64,000 nt of DNA from an uncultured Bacteroidales bacterium (GCA_905235135.1 CAJOKR010000039.1:3972-67971), one strand, 5' to 3'; numbered from the stretch's first letter, positions 53,072 to 63,479 are shown. Numbers and translations: made by a program. Notes: generated by a model not told the origin, from the letters alone.

Positions 53072-54040
53072 TCACAACTGCAACACCTGATTCCTCTCCA
53101 AACTGCCGACTATGTTTTGGTAGAGCATCACATCCTCCACCCTGCTGATGGAAGAGACCCGCTTACCAACATCCTTAGAAGACCCTCCGCAATGAAAAAT
53201 CATCTCACTCGGAGTGGCGTGGTCAATGAAGATGTAGCGGTCGTGATAAATGCCGCCCGAAGATTTCAGTTCAACGTCAACCTGCGGGTATTCGCTCTGG
53301 AAATCAGCGAACTCGGTCTGGTGCAGGCCGTGGTTCACGTTGTCGCTGAAAATGGTGACCTTCACCTCGGAGGACACTGATTTTAGCAGAACCAATGTCT
53401 TCAAACTGATGTAATTATCGATGATATGGATTGACTTCTTGGCGTAGGAATAGATTTCCGAATAGGCGATGTCGGCCTCAACGGTCTGACCGTTATAGAA
53501 CAGGTAGTCTTTCTTGATAGTAGGGTCTGTGAAATCCTTAATGACAACGGAAAGCTCATCGCGGGTCACCATCTGCTGCTTCATTTGGCGAATGTCTTCT
53601 GTGTTGTTTTGGGTTTGAAGCGCAAGAACTTGCAATTCAGTACTTGGTAAAACGTTCTGTATTTGAATGGCAAAGTCTTTTAATTTCTTGAAGAGCCTGA
53701 TCAATGTTTTGCTCTGCTTCACAGCAAGATTGCCTTTTAGCACCATCATCAAGGAATATATTCCCAGCTCGGTAAAAGCGTATGGGCATTTACGTTTGCC
53801 ACCCCAACTTGATGTCGAAAATTTCGACATCAAGTTTTTAAATTCTAACTCAGTGAGTTGGAATCGGAAATCGTCATCAAAACGCTCAATGTTGTTTTTG
53901 ACTTGCTCATTGAATCGCGTTGTCGTATATCCGTAAATGGCCGCCAAATCAAAGTCCAGCATCACTTGCACGCCTCTGATGACATATATCTTCGACATCA
54001 AATATTCTTCGTCAAGAGGTATCATTCCTTTTTCTTCCAT
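53072..54040 (-). CDS. ORF6N domain protein with C-terminal PLD-like (HDR) domain
   Basis: IRGVQVMLDFDLA.IYGY.T..FNEQVKNN..RF..DFRFQLT, PYAFTE; IIDNY..YHDRYIFID..CGGSSKD.G. Confidence 0.88.
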   Translation of the reverse strand: MEEKGMIPLDEEYLMSKIYVIRGVQVMLDFDLAAIYGYTTTRFNEQVKNNIERFDDDFRFQLTELEFKNLMSKFSTSSWGGKRKCPYAFTELGIYSLMMVLKGNLAVKQSKTLIRLFKKLKDFAIQIQNVLPSTELQVLALQTQNNTEDIRQMKQQMVTRDELSVVIKDFTDPTIKKDYLFYNGQTVEADIAYSEIYSYAKKSIHIIDNYISLKTLVLLKSVSSEVKVTIFSDNVNHGLHQTEFADFQSEYPQVDVELKSSGGIYHDRYIFIDHATPSEMIFHCGGSSKDVGKRVSSISRVEDVMLYQNIVGSLERNQVLQL

Positions 54041-54271
54041 ATCGTAGTAATATTAAACCTCGCAAAGATACAAATTCCTTGTTAGAGAAACAAGCTTTCG
54101 GGATGTATATTTTATTGAAAATCAACATTGTAAAAATGACAATTATCAACAACAAAAGTGCATTTTTTGTGCCAAAAAAAATGCAAATAGCGTCCGATGC
54201 GCGCTCATACAGACTTTTCGTGTTCGAACGAGGAGCACCCATTTTTGGAAAAAATCGGAGGAGTGCTCCGC

Positions 54272-54600
54272 AAAATCATTTGCAGAAGCCGTTGACCGCA
54301 GGAGGTTCCGCCGCTCACTCCGTTCGCCTGCGGAATCTCCGCCTCGCAAGGGCAGGATAGTACGGTGACCTGCATCTGCGAGGACGCAGATGCCTCCATA
54401 TTATTGCACCCGCCCCGCCAAATTCTTCCAAAAATCCACCCGTCATACCCAACGAGCAATTCCAATCTTTTTCGCACATTTTTACAATTTTGCAAGTTTT
54501 ATATCAAATTCTGCAAGTTTTATATCGAAAAATGCAACTTTTATATGTTTGATTTTTTTAATTTCGCTCTTGGCTTTCTCGAAAGTATTTTGTATGTTTG
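54272..54600 (+). repeat. Contiguous module A + module B
   Basis: A (54272-54328) joins B (54330-54600), forming the ggagRttccgc..gcggaatctcc stem. Confidence 0.9.
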
Positions 54601-54642
54601 TCGGCGGAAATTCATAAAACTCAAAATAAAAAAAGATCTCTT

Positions 54643-55523
54643 ATGAAGAAAATGAAATAACAGCAGAGAACGGAAAACCAACCACGAACACCGGCGAAAT
54701 CATCCTCTACCAACCGGACAACAGCATAAGGTTGGAGGTCCGTATGGAGGAGGAAACAGTGTGGCTCACGCAGGCGCAGATGGCGATGCTATTTGAGACC
54801 TCAAGAAATAATATCACATTACACATCAAAAACATTTTCAAGGAGGGGGAGTTAGAAGAGACAGCAGTATGTAAGGATTTCTTACTAACTGCCGCAGATG
54901 GGAAAAAATACAAAACCAAGCTGTATAATCTTGACGTCATCATTTCAGTTGGTTATAGAGTGAAAAGCAAATGGGATACACGATTCAGAATATGGGCGAA
55001 CAAGGTGTTGAAAGAGTATCTGCTTCGTGGATACACCATCAATCAGCATATCCAATCTATAGAACGGCGTATTGACAGACAGTTGCAGGAACATTCAGAA
55101 AGGATTCATGACCTTGAGGATAAAGTCGGCCTTTTTGTTCGCACCGCCCTGCCGCCCGTGGAAGGCATCTTTTTCGACGGCCAGATCTTCGATGCTTACG
55201 CTTTCGTCTCCGACCTGATCCGTTCCGCAAAAGAACGCATCATCCTCATCGACAACTACATCGATGATTCGGTACTTCTAATGTTGGCGAAACGGGTAGC
55301 TGGCGTAACGGCGGAGATTGTCACGCGGCGTATTACAGAAGCACTAACCTTAGACATTGAACGGCACAACCTGCAATACCCGTCCGTAACCGCCAGGGAG
55401 TGTGACCGCTTCCTCATCATCGACGACACGGTGTATCACCTTGGTGCATCGCTCAAAGACCTAGGGAAGAAATTGTTCGCGTTCAGCAGGATGGACGTGG
55501 GGGCAGAGGTACTTTCTATATGA
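54643..55523 (+). CDS. Second RhuM-family/PLD-like protein; start codon out of frame and 12-bp deletion of the YHDR motif
   Basis: GEIILYQPDNSIRLEVRMEEETVWL, YNLDVIISVGYRV; RECDRFLIIDD vs RECDRYHDRFLIIDD in the paralogue. Confidence 0.8.
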
Positions 55524-55787
55524 TTACCCCATTCGCCGCAGATGAACCCCGGAAAAACCGCAAATCATTTGCAGTAAGCCGTTCGCCGCTGGAGATTCCG
55601 CTCGCTCACTCCATCCCCAGCGGAATGGTGGTTCGCCCAACGACGACAAGGAGCCAAACGTAACCTCTCCCTCGCAAGGGCTGGGTGTTTCGTCATCCGC
55701 AATACGGCAACCCAACTTTGCAATATATTTTGTGTTTTTGCATCTTCATATTGAACAGTAGAAAAACAATCGAGCTATTATAGATTT

Positions 55788-57148
55788 ATGAAAAAGAAAC
55801 GCTGGGCGCTTATAGTTGCACTTTTTGCCATCGCGCTCTTTGCCATCGTGAGCGGACAGACTTTGACCAACAAGCTCAAAGACCTTTGCACAGAGCTGCG
55901 GATGACCACCCAGCAACGCTCAAAAGCACAGCAGCGGTTTGACGAGGATTACGAACGCCAGCATCAAAAGATGCTCGATGTCATCAATAAGTCCAACGAC
56001 CTCTCCATCCTGCTTTATACCCAGGAGCAGAACATGACTTTCGATTTGACCTACGCATTGAAAAAGGTTTCTTCTGAATACAAGGACTTCAGCAAGGATC
56101 GGCGCCCATACGACCACATCGTAAACGAACTGAACATCGAAATCGACCGTTATGGCCGTCTCATCGAAGCTCTTCGTCGGCTTCCTCCGATGATGGAGGA
56201 GATTGAGGAGGAAATTGTGCCCGACAGTCTGCTCTATCACAACGATACGCTGGACCTGCAGGTGTCCAACAACGCTTCCACTGCTGGCCGTTTTGGGAGG
56301 TACGGTCTTGTATGTCGTGGTGTTCAGCTTCCTGTGGACGGGTGACGAATATTTCCAGTTGGGTGTCAAGCATATCAACACCTTCCTTTGGCTGCTCGTG
56401 GCCATCTGCGGGTCCATGTTGTTGCGGGTGAAACCGGAGCAAATCCGGCACAGTCTGATGCTCTACATCCCCACCTTCCTGATAGCCCTGATTATCATTG
56501 CCTGCCGCATCATGTTCATGCCCGACAGATTGATGGTGTTCATCTTCCCGCCCGTTTTGGCGTTGATTGTACTGCGGCAGCTGTTCTTCTGTATTCGGGA
56601 AATCGGGAAAGCCACGCCTATCGACTCCTCGTTGGGCTGGATTTCGTTGTTCATCTATATCATTGCCTTCGGGTTTGCTTTCGCGGGCTACACTTTTGTG
56701 GCTTTGCTCATCTTGGTTTGGTGGTATTTCCAGTTGGCCGTCCTGCCCACTATAGTCTGTATTTCGGATCTGTTAGACCGCTACAAAGAGCGCTGGTTGG
56801 ACAAGCGCGTGGCAGCCATGCGTGAGCGCATCACCTACGTGGGCGGCACCGACATCAAGAAGGTTCGCGAAGTGCTGACAGAGGCCATTCAGCAAGTGCG
56901 CACGAAGGATCAATACGGTCGTGAGATTGTGGAACCCAAGTACGGAATCAGGGTGGTTGTGAGCGATATGGCCGACAGTGAACATTGCCGTGAAGCAGTA
57001 TGTGCTGGTTCCCGAAAGAATCGGTTACGTGGATCGTTCGAAGGAGGTGATTTACGAGGCGCTCAACGCCGCCGGCATCACCATCCCGTTCCCGCAGTGC
57101 GATGTGCATTTGATCAAGGACGACACGGAAGGTAATCAGAAACTGTAA
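55788..57148 (+). pseudogene. Degraded large MscS-family mechanosensitive channel
   Basis: Three frames with apparent internal deletions; GTDIKKVREVL and GITIPFPQCDVHL MscS signatures. Confidence 0.75.
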
Positions 57149-58258
57149 CCGAGTCCGACACCGAGAACCGATTTGAATTGCACGCGATCTTTCGCGACGC
57201 CGTTTTGGTCTTTAATCAATGTGCCGTTGTAGGACTTCATGTTGGTGCTGAATGTCACGTTCAGCACTTTGAGGAAGTTGTAGGAGATGAGGAAGTCCCA
57301 GTCCACGTCGAAACGGCCAAAATGGCGGTTTAAATTAGAATATTGGTAATACAACTCGTATGGCTGGTAGGCTTCCTCAAACGCTTCCTTCATGTCAAAT
57401 CCTTTGCCTTGGTAGGGCGTGAAGAGCCACAGCGAGGAAACGATCGTCAGATTCTTGTATTTGTAGGCAAGGGTGCCTTTGAGAGAAAGGCCGAATTCCG
57501 CCCGGCAGTTGCGCAATTCAATAGCGGGATAGCCATCATTATCCAGAACTATCTTGTAGGTGCCGTATTTGATCTGCATTTCTTGACGGAAACCGTTGTA
57601 GTCTTCCGGAATGGGCAGCCCGGCTTCTTCCATGGCCGCCAAATACTCTTCGGTGAACCTGATGTTGGTGGCATCGCTCACGTACGCGGTGGTGATGGTT
57701 CCCGCGACGGGCGAGATATAGACGGAAAAGTCGCAGCCGCCTACCGATTTCTTCCAGTCGATACCAGTGACACTTCGGTCTTGGACGGACAGAGCCACTT
57801 GGAAATCACAGGGTCGTATTTTCCTTTTTTGTAATCGCGTCCAATGGCGTATTGGCTTTGGAAACTACCTAAAGCCGTCAAATACCAGCCTTTCTTGAAC
57901 TCCCAACCCAATTTGGTGGCGAATTTGATGTCGTCGGACTACTTTTTGACCTGGTCGTCTTCCTGGTCGATCCATGTCAAGCCGAAATCGGTGTCGAGGT
58001 TCGATCCCCAGGCGATATTGTCCTTGTAGTAGAGTAGGTGCAGTTTGGCGTACGTCAGCGCATTGGCGTTTTCGTGTCCGCCACCCGTCCAAAATACGAG
58101 GCTCGTGGCGCCTGCATTCAGCCCCATCACCCCGTCGAACTTCCATTTTTTTGGACTGTATCGGCCTTCTGTTCAGTTGTTTGGGTCTTATCCTCTTGGG
58201 CAAACACGGTAAGAACGCCGAACAAGCAAAGAAGCACCAGAATATTGAATTTTCTCAT
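57136..58258 (-). pseudogene. DUF3078 outer-membrane protein, disrupted
   Basis: WTGGG..NANA, in-frame TAG at 57939, frameshifts at about 58146 and 57770, GIDWK, VQFKSVLGVGLGYSF. Confidence 0.75.
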
Positions 58259-58383
58259 ACAATCAAAATTTGGTGCAAAAAATACAGAATTTTTGCGAGA
58301 CGGAGAATTGGGGCGCGATTATAAACAAAAGGAGACGCACCATGGTACGTCTCCTCGATGTTAATCCGAATTCTTACAGTGGG

Positions 58384-59172
58384 TTAGCCGTTCATCCGTT
58401 TGTCGAGCTCCTGAGCGATGTAGGAGGCCACGTCGTCGGCGTAGGTGTTGGCACCGAAACCGGCATCGTAACCTAACTCCTTGGCCAGCTCGTGGGTGAT
58501 ACGCGGACCACCGCACACGACAATCAGCTTGTCGCGAAGGCCTTCCGCCTCCAACATCTCAATCAGCTCGGTGAGGTTCTGGATGTGCACGTCTTTCTGC
58601 GTCACCGTCTGGGAAACCAACAGCGCGTCAGCATGGAGTTCCACCGCCTTGGCGATGAATTCCTCGTTCGGCACCTGGCTACCCATGTTCAGGGCATCGA
58701 ACATGTCGTAACGCTCAATGCCGTAGTGGCCGGCATAGCCTTTCATGTTCATGATGGCATCGATGCCAACCGTGTGCGCGTCCGTGCCCGTGCTGGCGCC
58801 CACCACCACAATCTTCCGGCCGATGTGCTCGCGGATGAAATCATCCGTCTCCGGCATCGACCATACCGTCGATTCCACCTTCGGCACATGGATGGTGGTA
58901 TAATCCACGGTGTGCGTGCAGGCACCGTAGCAGTTCACAAACGTAAAGCCGTCTGTCAATTCTTTGAAATAAACGACCTGTGGGTTGTCGAAACCCATCT
59001 TTTTCAGCAGCTGCTTGGCAGCCTCCACGGCCTCATCGCCGCAGGGCACCGGCAGCGTAAAGCTCAGCTGCGTCTTGCCGTCGTTCATGGTGTCACCGTA
59101 AGGCTTCACCTTGGTTAAGTCTAATGTCTGATCAAAGTCCTTTTGATCCATTGAATATAATCCGCCGCTCAT
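58384..59172 (-). CDS. kamE: D-lysine 5,6-aminomutase beta subunit
   Basis: VKPYGDTMNDGK.QLSFTLP, GTDAHTVGIDAIMNMKG..G..G.ERY, VSQTVTQKD. Confidence 0.93.
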   Translation of the reverse strand: MSGGLYSMDQKDFDQTLDLTKVKPYGDTMNDGKTQLSFTLPVPCGDEAVEAAKQLLKKMGFDNPQVVYFKELTDGFTFVNCYGACTHTVDYTTIHVPKVESTVWSMPETDDFIREHIGRKIVVVGASTGTDAHTVGIDAIMNMKGYAGHYGIERYDMFDALNMGSQVPNEEFIAKAVELHADALLVSQTVTQKDVHIQNLTELIEMLEAEGLRDKLIVVCGGPRITHELAKELGYDAGFGANTYADDVASYIAQELDKRMNG

Positions 59173-59181
59173 TTTTCTAAA

Positions 59182-59258
59182 GGTTTAAGGGTTAAAGTTT
59201 AAGGTTTAAGGGTTATGGTTATGGGTTGTTGTAGAGACGCACGGCCGTGTGTCTCTAC
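59182..59258. repeat. (TTTAAGG)n tract plus GTAG REP
   Basis: Visible tract; gtagagacgcacggccgtgtgtctctac at 59231-59258. Confidence 0.85.
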
Positions 59259-59264
59259 ATAGGG

Positions 59265-59804
59265 TTAACTCTTCATCCCCACGAAATAATCTTCTTTGTT
59301 CTCGAAGAGGACGTTGAAGGAGGTCATACTGCCGTAGATACGGGAGATGTACTGCTGGAGGTTGACTTTTTCCTCGTCGGTGAGCGAGCTGCTGCTGTTG
59401 ATGTTCTGCTCGAGCACGCGCAGACGGTCGCGCATCATGACGATTTTGTGGAAGAAGGTCTCCACAGGGATCTCCTTGGGGGCGAGGTCCTTGTTGGCGG
59501 GTTGCAGAATCATCGTGCCGCCCTGCCATTTCTTGCCCAACTCGGCCTTGTATTCGATGCCGTTGTACTGGACCAGAATCTGGGTCAGCACCTGCTTGAA
59601 CTCGCGGATGTTGAGCTTCGGGGTGTCGTCCTCGACCTCATTGGCCTCGACCACCTCTAACGCCACGGCCGCCTTGGAAAATTCCAATTCGCCGCCGCGC
59701 ACGAAGATGATTTTGTAGGTCATCGCGTTGTTCTGGCTGACGATGCCTTCGCCGTATTTCTCGTGGCTCACTCTTGTCCCAACTGGGAGATTGTCTATAT
59801 CCAT
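59265..59804 (-). CDS. Hypothetical protein between kamD and kamE
   Basis: 179-aa ORF with host-like codon usage; G.RV.H..YG.G, KW.GG, FFHKIVMMRDRLRVLEQ, YGSMTSFNVLF. Confidence 0.8.
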   Translation of the reverse strand: MDIDNLPVGTRVSHEKYGEGIVSQNNAMTYKIIFVRGGELEFSKAAVALEVVEANEVEDDTPKLNIREFKQVLTQILVQYNGIEYKAELGKKWQGGTMILQPANKDLAPKEIPVETFFHKIVMMRDRLRVLEQNINSSSSLTDEEKVNLQQYISRIYGSMTSFNVLFENKEDYFVGMKS

Positions 59805-59807
59805 TCT

Positions 59808-59891
59808 GGTTTAAGGTTTAGGGTTTAAGGTTTAAGGTTTAAGGTTTAAGGGAATGGGGGGATGTAGGGGCGAATAATTATTCGTCCCTAC
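59808..59891. repeat. (TTTAAGG)n tract plus GTAG REP
   Basis: Visible tract; gtaggggcgaataattattcgtccctac at 59864-59891. Confidence 0.85.
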
Positions 59892-59899
59892 GAATCATC

Positions 59900-61459
59900 C
59901 TACCATCTCTCTTTCATCATCTTAATGAACGGATTGAAGTAGTTGTCGCCTTTGGTGACCACACCGGCGAGACCCTTGCCGCCGTCCTTCGGACGCTTCA
60001 CGTCGCCGAAGATACCCTTCTCCAAAGCGGTGAAGAGGCCCTCTTGGACGATTTGCTGCAGCAGCTCGATGGCGTTGTTGAGGACGGTCTTGGCGCGCTC
60101 ACGGCAGATGCCGCCTTCACGGAATTCCATCTCCTCACCGATGCTGCGCATGTCGTTGAAGATGTAGCGGGCGTTCTCGATGGAGAGGTAACGGTCGCTC
60201 ATGAAGGGCGTATGGATGGCCTCAGTGGGCATACCTAACAGCTGGATGCCCTGATGCGTCCAGATGCCGATGATGTTGAAGAGCGCATCCTGGATATGGC
60301 CGCGGAAGATGTTGCCGGTCATGAACTTGGTGGGCGGCATGTACTTCAGCGTAGCCTTCGGGAAAATCTCGCGGGTCATCTGTGCCTGCGCGAGCTCCAA
60401 CAGGAAGCCGTTCTCTAACATCGGGTCCATTTCGAAAGCGTGACCCAAGCCCATCTGTTCCTCAGGCAGACCAGCCAACAAGGCCAACTGCTCGTTGATG
60501 AGGTCGGAAGCAAGCACCGTGTGGGCAGCCTCCACAGCATCAGCGGTGGTGAGGTAGTTGTCCTCACCGGTGTTGATGATGACGCCGGCATAGCCGTTGA
60601 TGATACGGGAGAAGTACTGGTCGATAAGGGTACGCTGCGGGTTGATGTCGCGGAAAAGGATGCCGTAAAGGGCGTCGTTCAACATCACATCCAAGCGTTC
60701 CAATGCACCCATAGCCGCGATTTCCGGCATACAAAGTCCTGAGCAGTAGTTACATAAGCGGATGTAACGACCTTGTTCCTCGCCGACCTCATCCAAGGCC
60801 TTACGCATGATGCGGAAGTTCTCCTGCGTGGCGAACGTGCCGCCGAAGCCCTCGGTGGTCGCACCGTAAGGCACGTAGTCCAAGAGGCTCTGTCCGGTGG
60901 TACGAATCACAGCGATGACGTCCGCACCTTGACGGGCACCAGCCTGTGCTTGGACGACATCCTCGTAGATGTTGCCCGTAGCCACGATGATGTAGAGATA
61001 CGGTTTCGGACCCTCACCGATGGTGTTGAGGTACTCGTTACGCTTGGCCACATTACCCTTGATGCGGGTGAGGCACTGCTCGATGTAAGGCTGTATCGCC
61101 TTTTGGATTTCCGGCAGCGGATGCAGCGGCAGGGAGGTCAGATCGAGCGTGCCGGCGGAGATGCGCTCGGCAATCTCCTGCGGGTTCGCGCCAGTTTCCA
61201 GGATAGCATTGCCCATGAAGTAGAGCACGCCCTGACTGAGCACACCGGCCTCCAAAAGCGAATCCACCACCCTGTTGGGCAGCGGGACCTCGTTTTCATC
61301 GATGCCGTCAATACCGATCAGACGGCATAATGTGCGCTCCACCGTGACGGTCGTGTACCCGTCCACAAACTCCTGAACCTGATCCGCAATCTGCTTGGCC
61401 AGCTGTTTTGCCACAGCCACCTGGTTGAAATCCAGTCCAAGTTTCGATTTTTCTGTCAT
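59900..61459 (-). CDS. kamD: D-lysine 5,6-aminomutase alpha subunit
   Basis: TT.TVERT..RL.GIDG, IVATGNIYED, IRTTGQSLLDYVPYG, NYCSGLCMPE, KYMPPTKFMTGNIF. Confidence 0.94.
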   Translation of the reverse strand: MTEKSKLGLDFNQVAVAKQLAKQIADQVQEFVDGYTTVTVERTLCRLIGIDGIDENEVPLPNRVVDSLLEAGVLSQGVLYFMGNAILETGANPQEIAERISAGTLDLTSLPLHPLPEIQKAIQPYIEQCLTRIKGNVAKRNEYLNTIGEGPKPYLYIIVATGNIYEDVVQAQAGARQGADVIAVIRTTGQSLLDYVPYGATTEGFGGTFATQENFRIMRKALDEVGEEQGRYIRLCNYCSGLCMPEIAAMGALERLDVMLNDALYGILFRDINPQRTLIDQYFSRIINGYAGVIINTGEDNYLTTADAVEAAHTVLASDLINEQLALLAGLPEEQMGLGHAFEMDPMLENGFLLELAQAQMTREIFPKATLKYMPPTKFMTGNIFRGHIQDALFNIIGIWTHQGIQLLGMPTEAIHTPFMSDRYLSIENARYIFNDMRSIGEEMEFREGGICRERAKTVLNNAIELLQQIVQEGLFTALEKGIFGDVKRPKDGGKGLAGVVTKGDNYFNPFIKMMKERW

Positions 61460-61603
61460 AGTTTACCTTTTATATTAATGTATAATTTCCCAATAATTTT
61501 CAAATCGGCAAAGATACATTTTTTTTGGTTATGTGGCAGTCCCATATTTTGCCTCCGCATATTCCAAAAAAATGTATCTTCGCGGGCTTAAATTTGGATA
61601 AGG

Positions 61604-62402
61604 ATGAAAAGTAACATCATACGTGCGCTCACGGCTTGCTTACTCTTTGTTTTTGTAATGCAAGACATTAATGCACAACGTTTTATCGGTTCTGCCATTG
61701 CAGGTGCGAACTTCGCGCAAATTGAGGGCGACGACGTGCATGGCTACTACAAAATCGGCTTCAACGGCGGTTTGGGGCTCACCTTGCCCGTGGACCGCAA
61801 ACAGAGCTGGCAGATCTCTTTGGAGATGCTCTATTCGATGAAGGGGGCACGAAAACACTGCGATCCCGGCTATTTCAACCTCGACAACTACGGTCCCTCA
61901 ATGTTCACCGATGTCGATTGGTCGGTGCCTTTTGACTCGACTGTAAAGTGCGACATCACCCTCCACTACGTGCAGATTCCCTTGATGATGCGCTACGAGG
62001 ACTACTACTCCGGATGCTCGTTCGGGGTGGGCTTCGCGTGGAGCCGTCTGGTGGGCGTAAAGGAGACCTATAACGGCTATGCCCGCACCACCACTGCTCG
62101 TAGCGGAACATACAAGACGAGCGACTGGTCAATTCTGGCCGACATGAATATCCGGCTTTACAAGAACCTCAACCTGAACATCCGTTTCGAGTACTCGTTG
62201 GTTCCGATTCGGGAAGAGCTGTTTGTGTATCAGCTCAAACCATTCCGTCATAGCTGAGACGCACAAGTTCCACAACAACATGCTCTCCGCCCGTCTGATT
62301 TATTATTTCAACGAAAAATTCTACAAGAATACCCGCGTCAACAAATACGGCCAGGTCATGGGCACGAAATGGCTGCGCGAGATTCCCGATTATAACAATT
62401 AA
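61604..62402 (+). CDS. PorT-like outer-membrane beta-barrel protein, frameshift near 62245
   Basis: AGANFAQIEGD..G..K.G, EMLYSMKG, YVQIP; continuation HKFHNNMLSARLIYYFN in another frame. Confidence 0.7.
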
Positions 62403-62411
62403 CGTTTGATT

Positions 62412-63479
62412 ATGAAGAAAACACTGATATACTGTCTGATTCTGCTGACGACCGGCATCCTGCTCCGCCAGTGCAAACCTATCGATTTGACGGCCGATTA
62501 CAAGGACGTCACCGTCTCCTACGGTATCTTGAATATCAAGGATAACGTCCACTATTTCAAGATTTACCGAGGCTATATCACCGACGGCAACGCCAACGTG
62601 GCTGCCGGCGAGTGGAACAATATCTACTACCCGGTGGATTCCATAGAGGTGTATTTTGATGAGTACGAGAACGGCCACCTGCTCCGCAGCGCGAAACTGG
62701 ACACCACTACCGTCGTGCCGAAAGATGAGGGCTACTTCCCCAACCCGAAGCAGCTGCTCTACTACTCCGACTGGCAGCTGGATCCCGAGCGGGTCTATCG
62801 GCTGAGAATCGTCCGCCACACTTCCGGCGATGAGATTTACGCCGAGACCGTGATGGTCGGCAACTTCTCCATCCGCCGCCCGATGGTGTCGTGGAACATG
62901 TGTTCCGAGAACCCTTACAAGATCATCTTCTACTCCGCCGAAAATGCTGCCATGTACGACCTCTACCTCACCTTCTACTACATCGAGGTCGATAATGCCA
63001 CCGGCGTGATTGAGCACAAGCAAATTTCCCGCCGAATCAACGGCGACTACATCCGCGCAACCACCGGCACGGAGGTGGCCTTCACGGGATTCACACCCGA
63101 AACCTTCTTCACCACCATCATCCAAGGCATCGAAACCAACAATCGGGTGACGCGTTACATCGATTCCGTCGCCGGACAGCCCTATCGCTGCATGAGGCTT
63201 ACCGCTTGGGCTGCCGACAAGAATTACCTGACGTATCGCGAAGTGTCCAACCCAGGCAGCAGCATCGTCCAAAACCGTCCGGAATACACTAACTTCATTT
63301 CCGACAACGAGACGGCCTACGGGCTGTTAGCCTCCCGCAACTACGCTTACGCCGACCTCGCCTTCGACGATGTGTCGGGGCACAATGAGGACACGCTGGT
63401 GAAGAGTCCCAGCACGCGGAGGCTCAATTTCGACTATTATCGCAACTCCCCGGAATTCCCGAACGGTCCAGCCCAATAA
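62412..63479 (+). CDS. DUF4249-like lipoprotein
   Basis: Hydrophobic leader + Cys; ADYKDVTVSYGILN; PEYTN..YGLLASR. Confidence 0.65.
   Translation: MKKTLIYCLILLTTGILLRQCKPIDLTADYKDVTVSYGILNIKDNVHYFKIYRGYITDGNANVAAGEWNNIYYPVDSIEVYFDEYENGHLLRSAKLDTTTVVPKDEGYFPNPKQLLYYSDWQLDPERVYRLRIVRHTSGDEIYAETVMVGNFSIRRPMVSWNMCSENPYKIIFYSAENAAMYDLYLTFYYIEVDNATGVIEHKQISRRINGDYIRATTGTEVAFTGFTPETFFTTIIQGIETNNRVTRYIDSVAGQPYRCMRLTAWAADKNYLTYREVSNPGSSIVQNRPEYTNFISDNETAYGLLASRNYAYADLAFDDVSGHNEDTLVKSPSTRRLNFDYYRNSPEFPNGPAQ

Noticed and set aside
53070-53078. attcacaac, identical to the CRISPR repeat end, at the ORF6N-PLD stop codon (possible anti-repeat or third repeat)
   Set aside because: Only 9 nt match and the rest diverges; no tracrRNA-like structure.
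57939-57941. In-frame TAG in DUF3078 as possible stop-codon recoding
   Set aside because: The same gene has two frameshifts, and TAG terminates many intact genes in this window.
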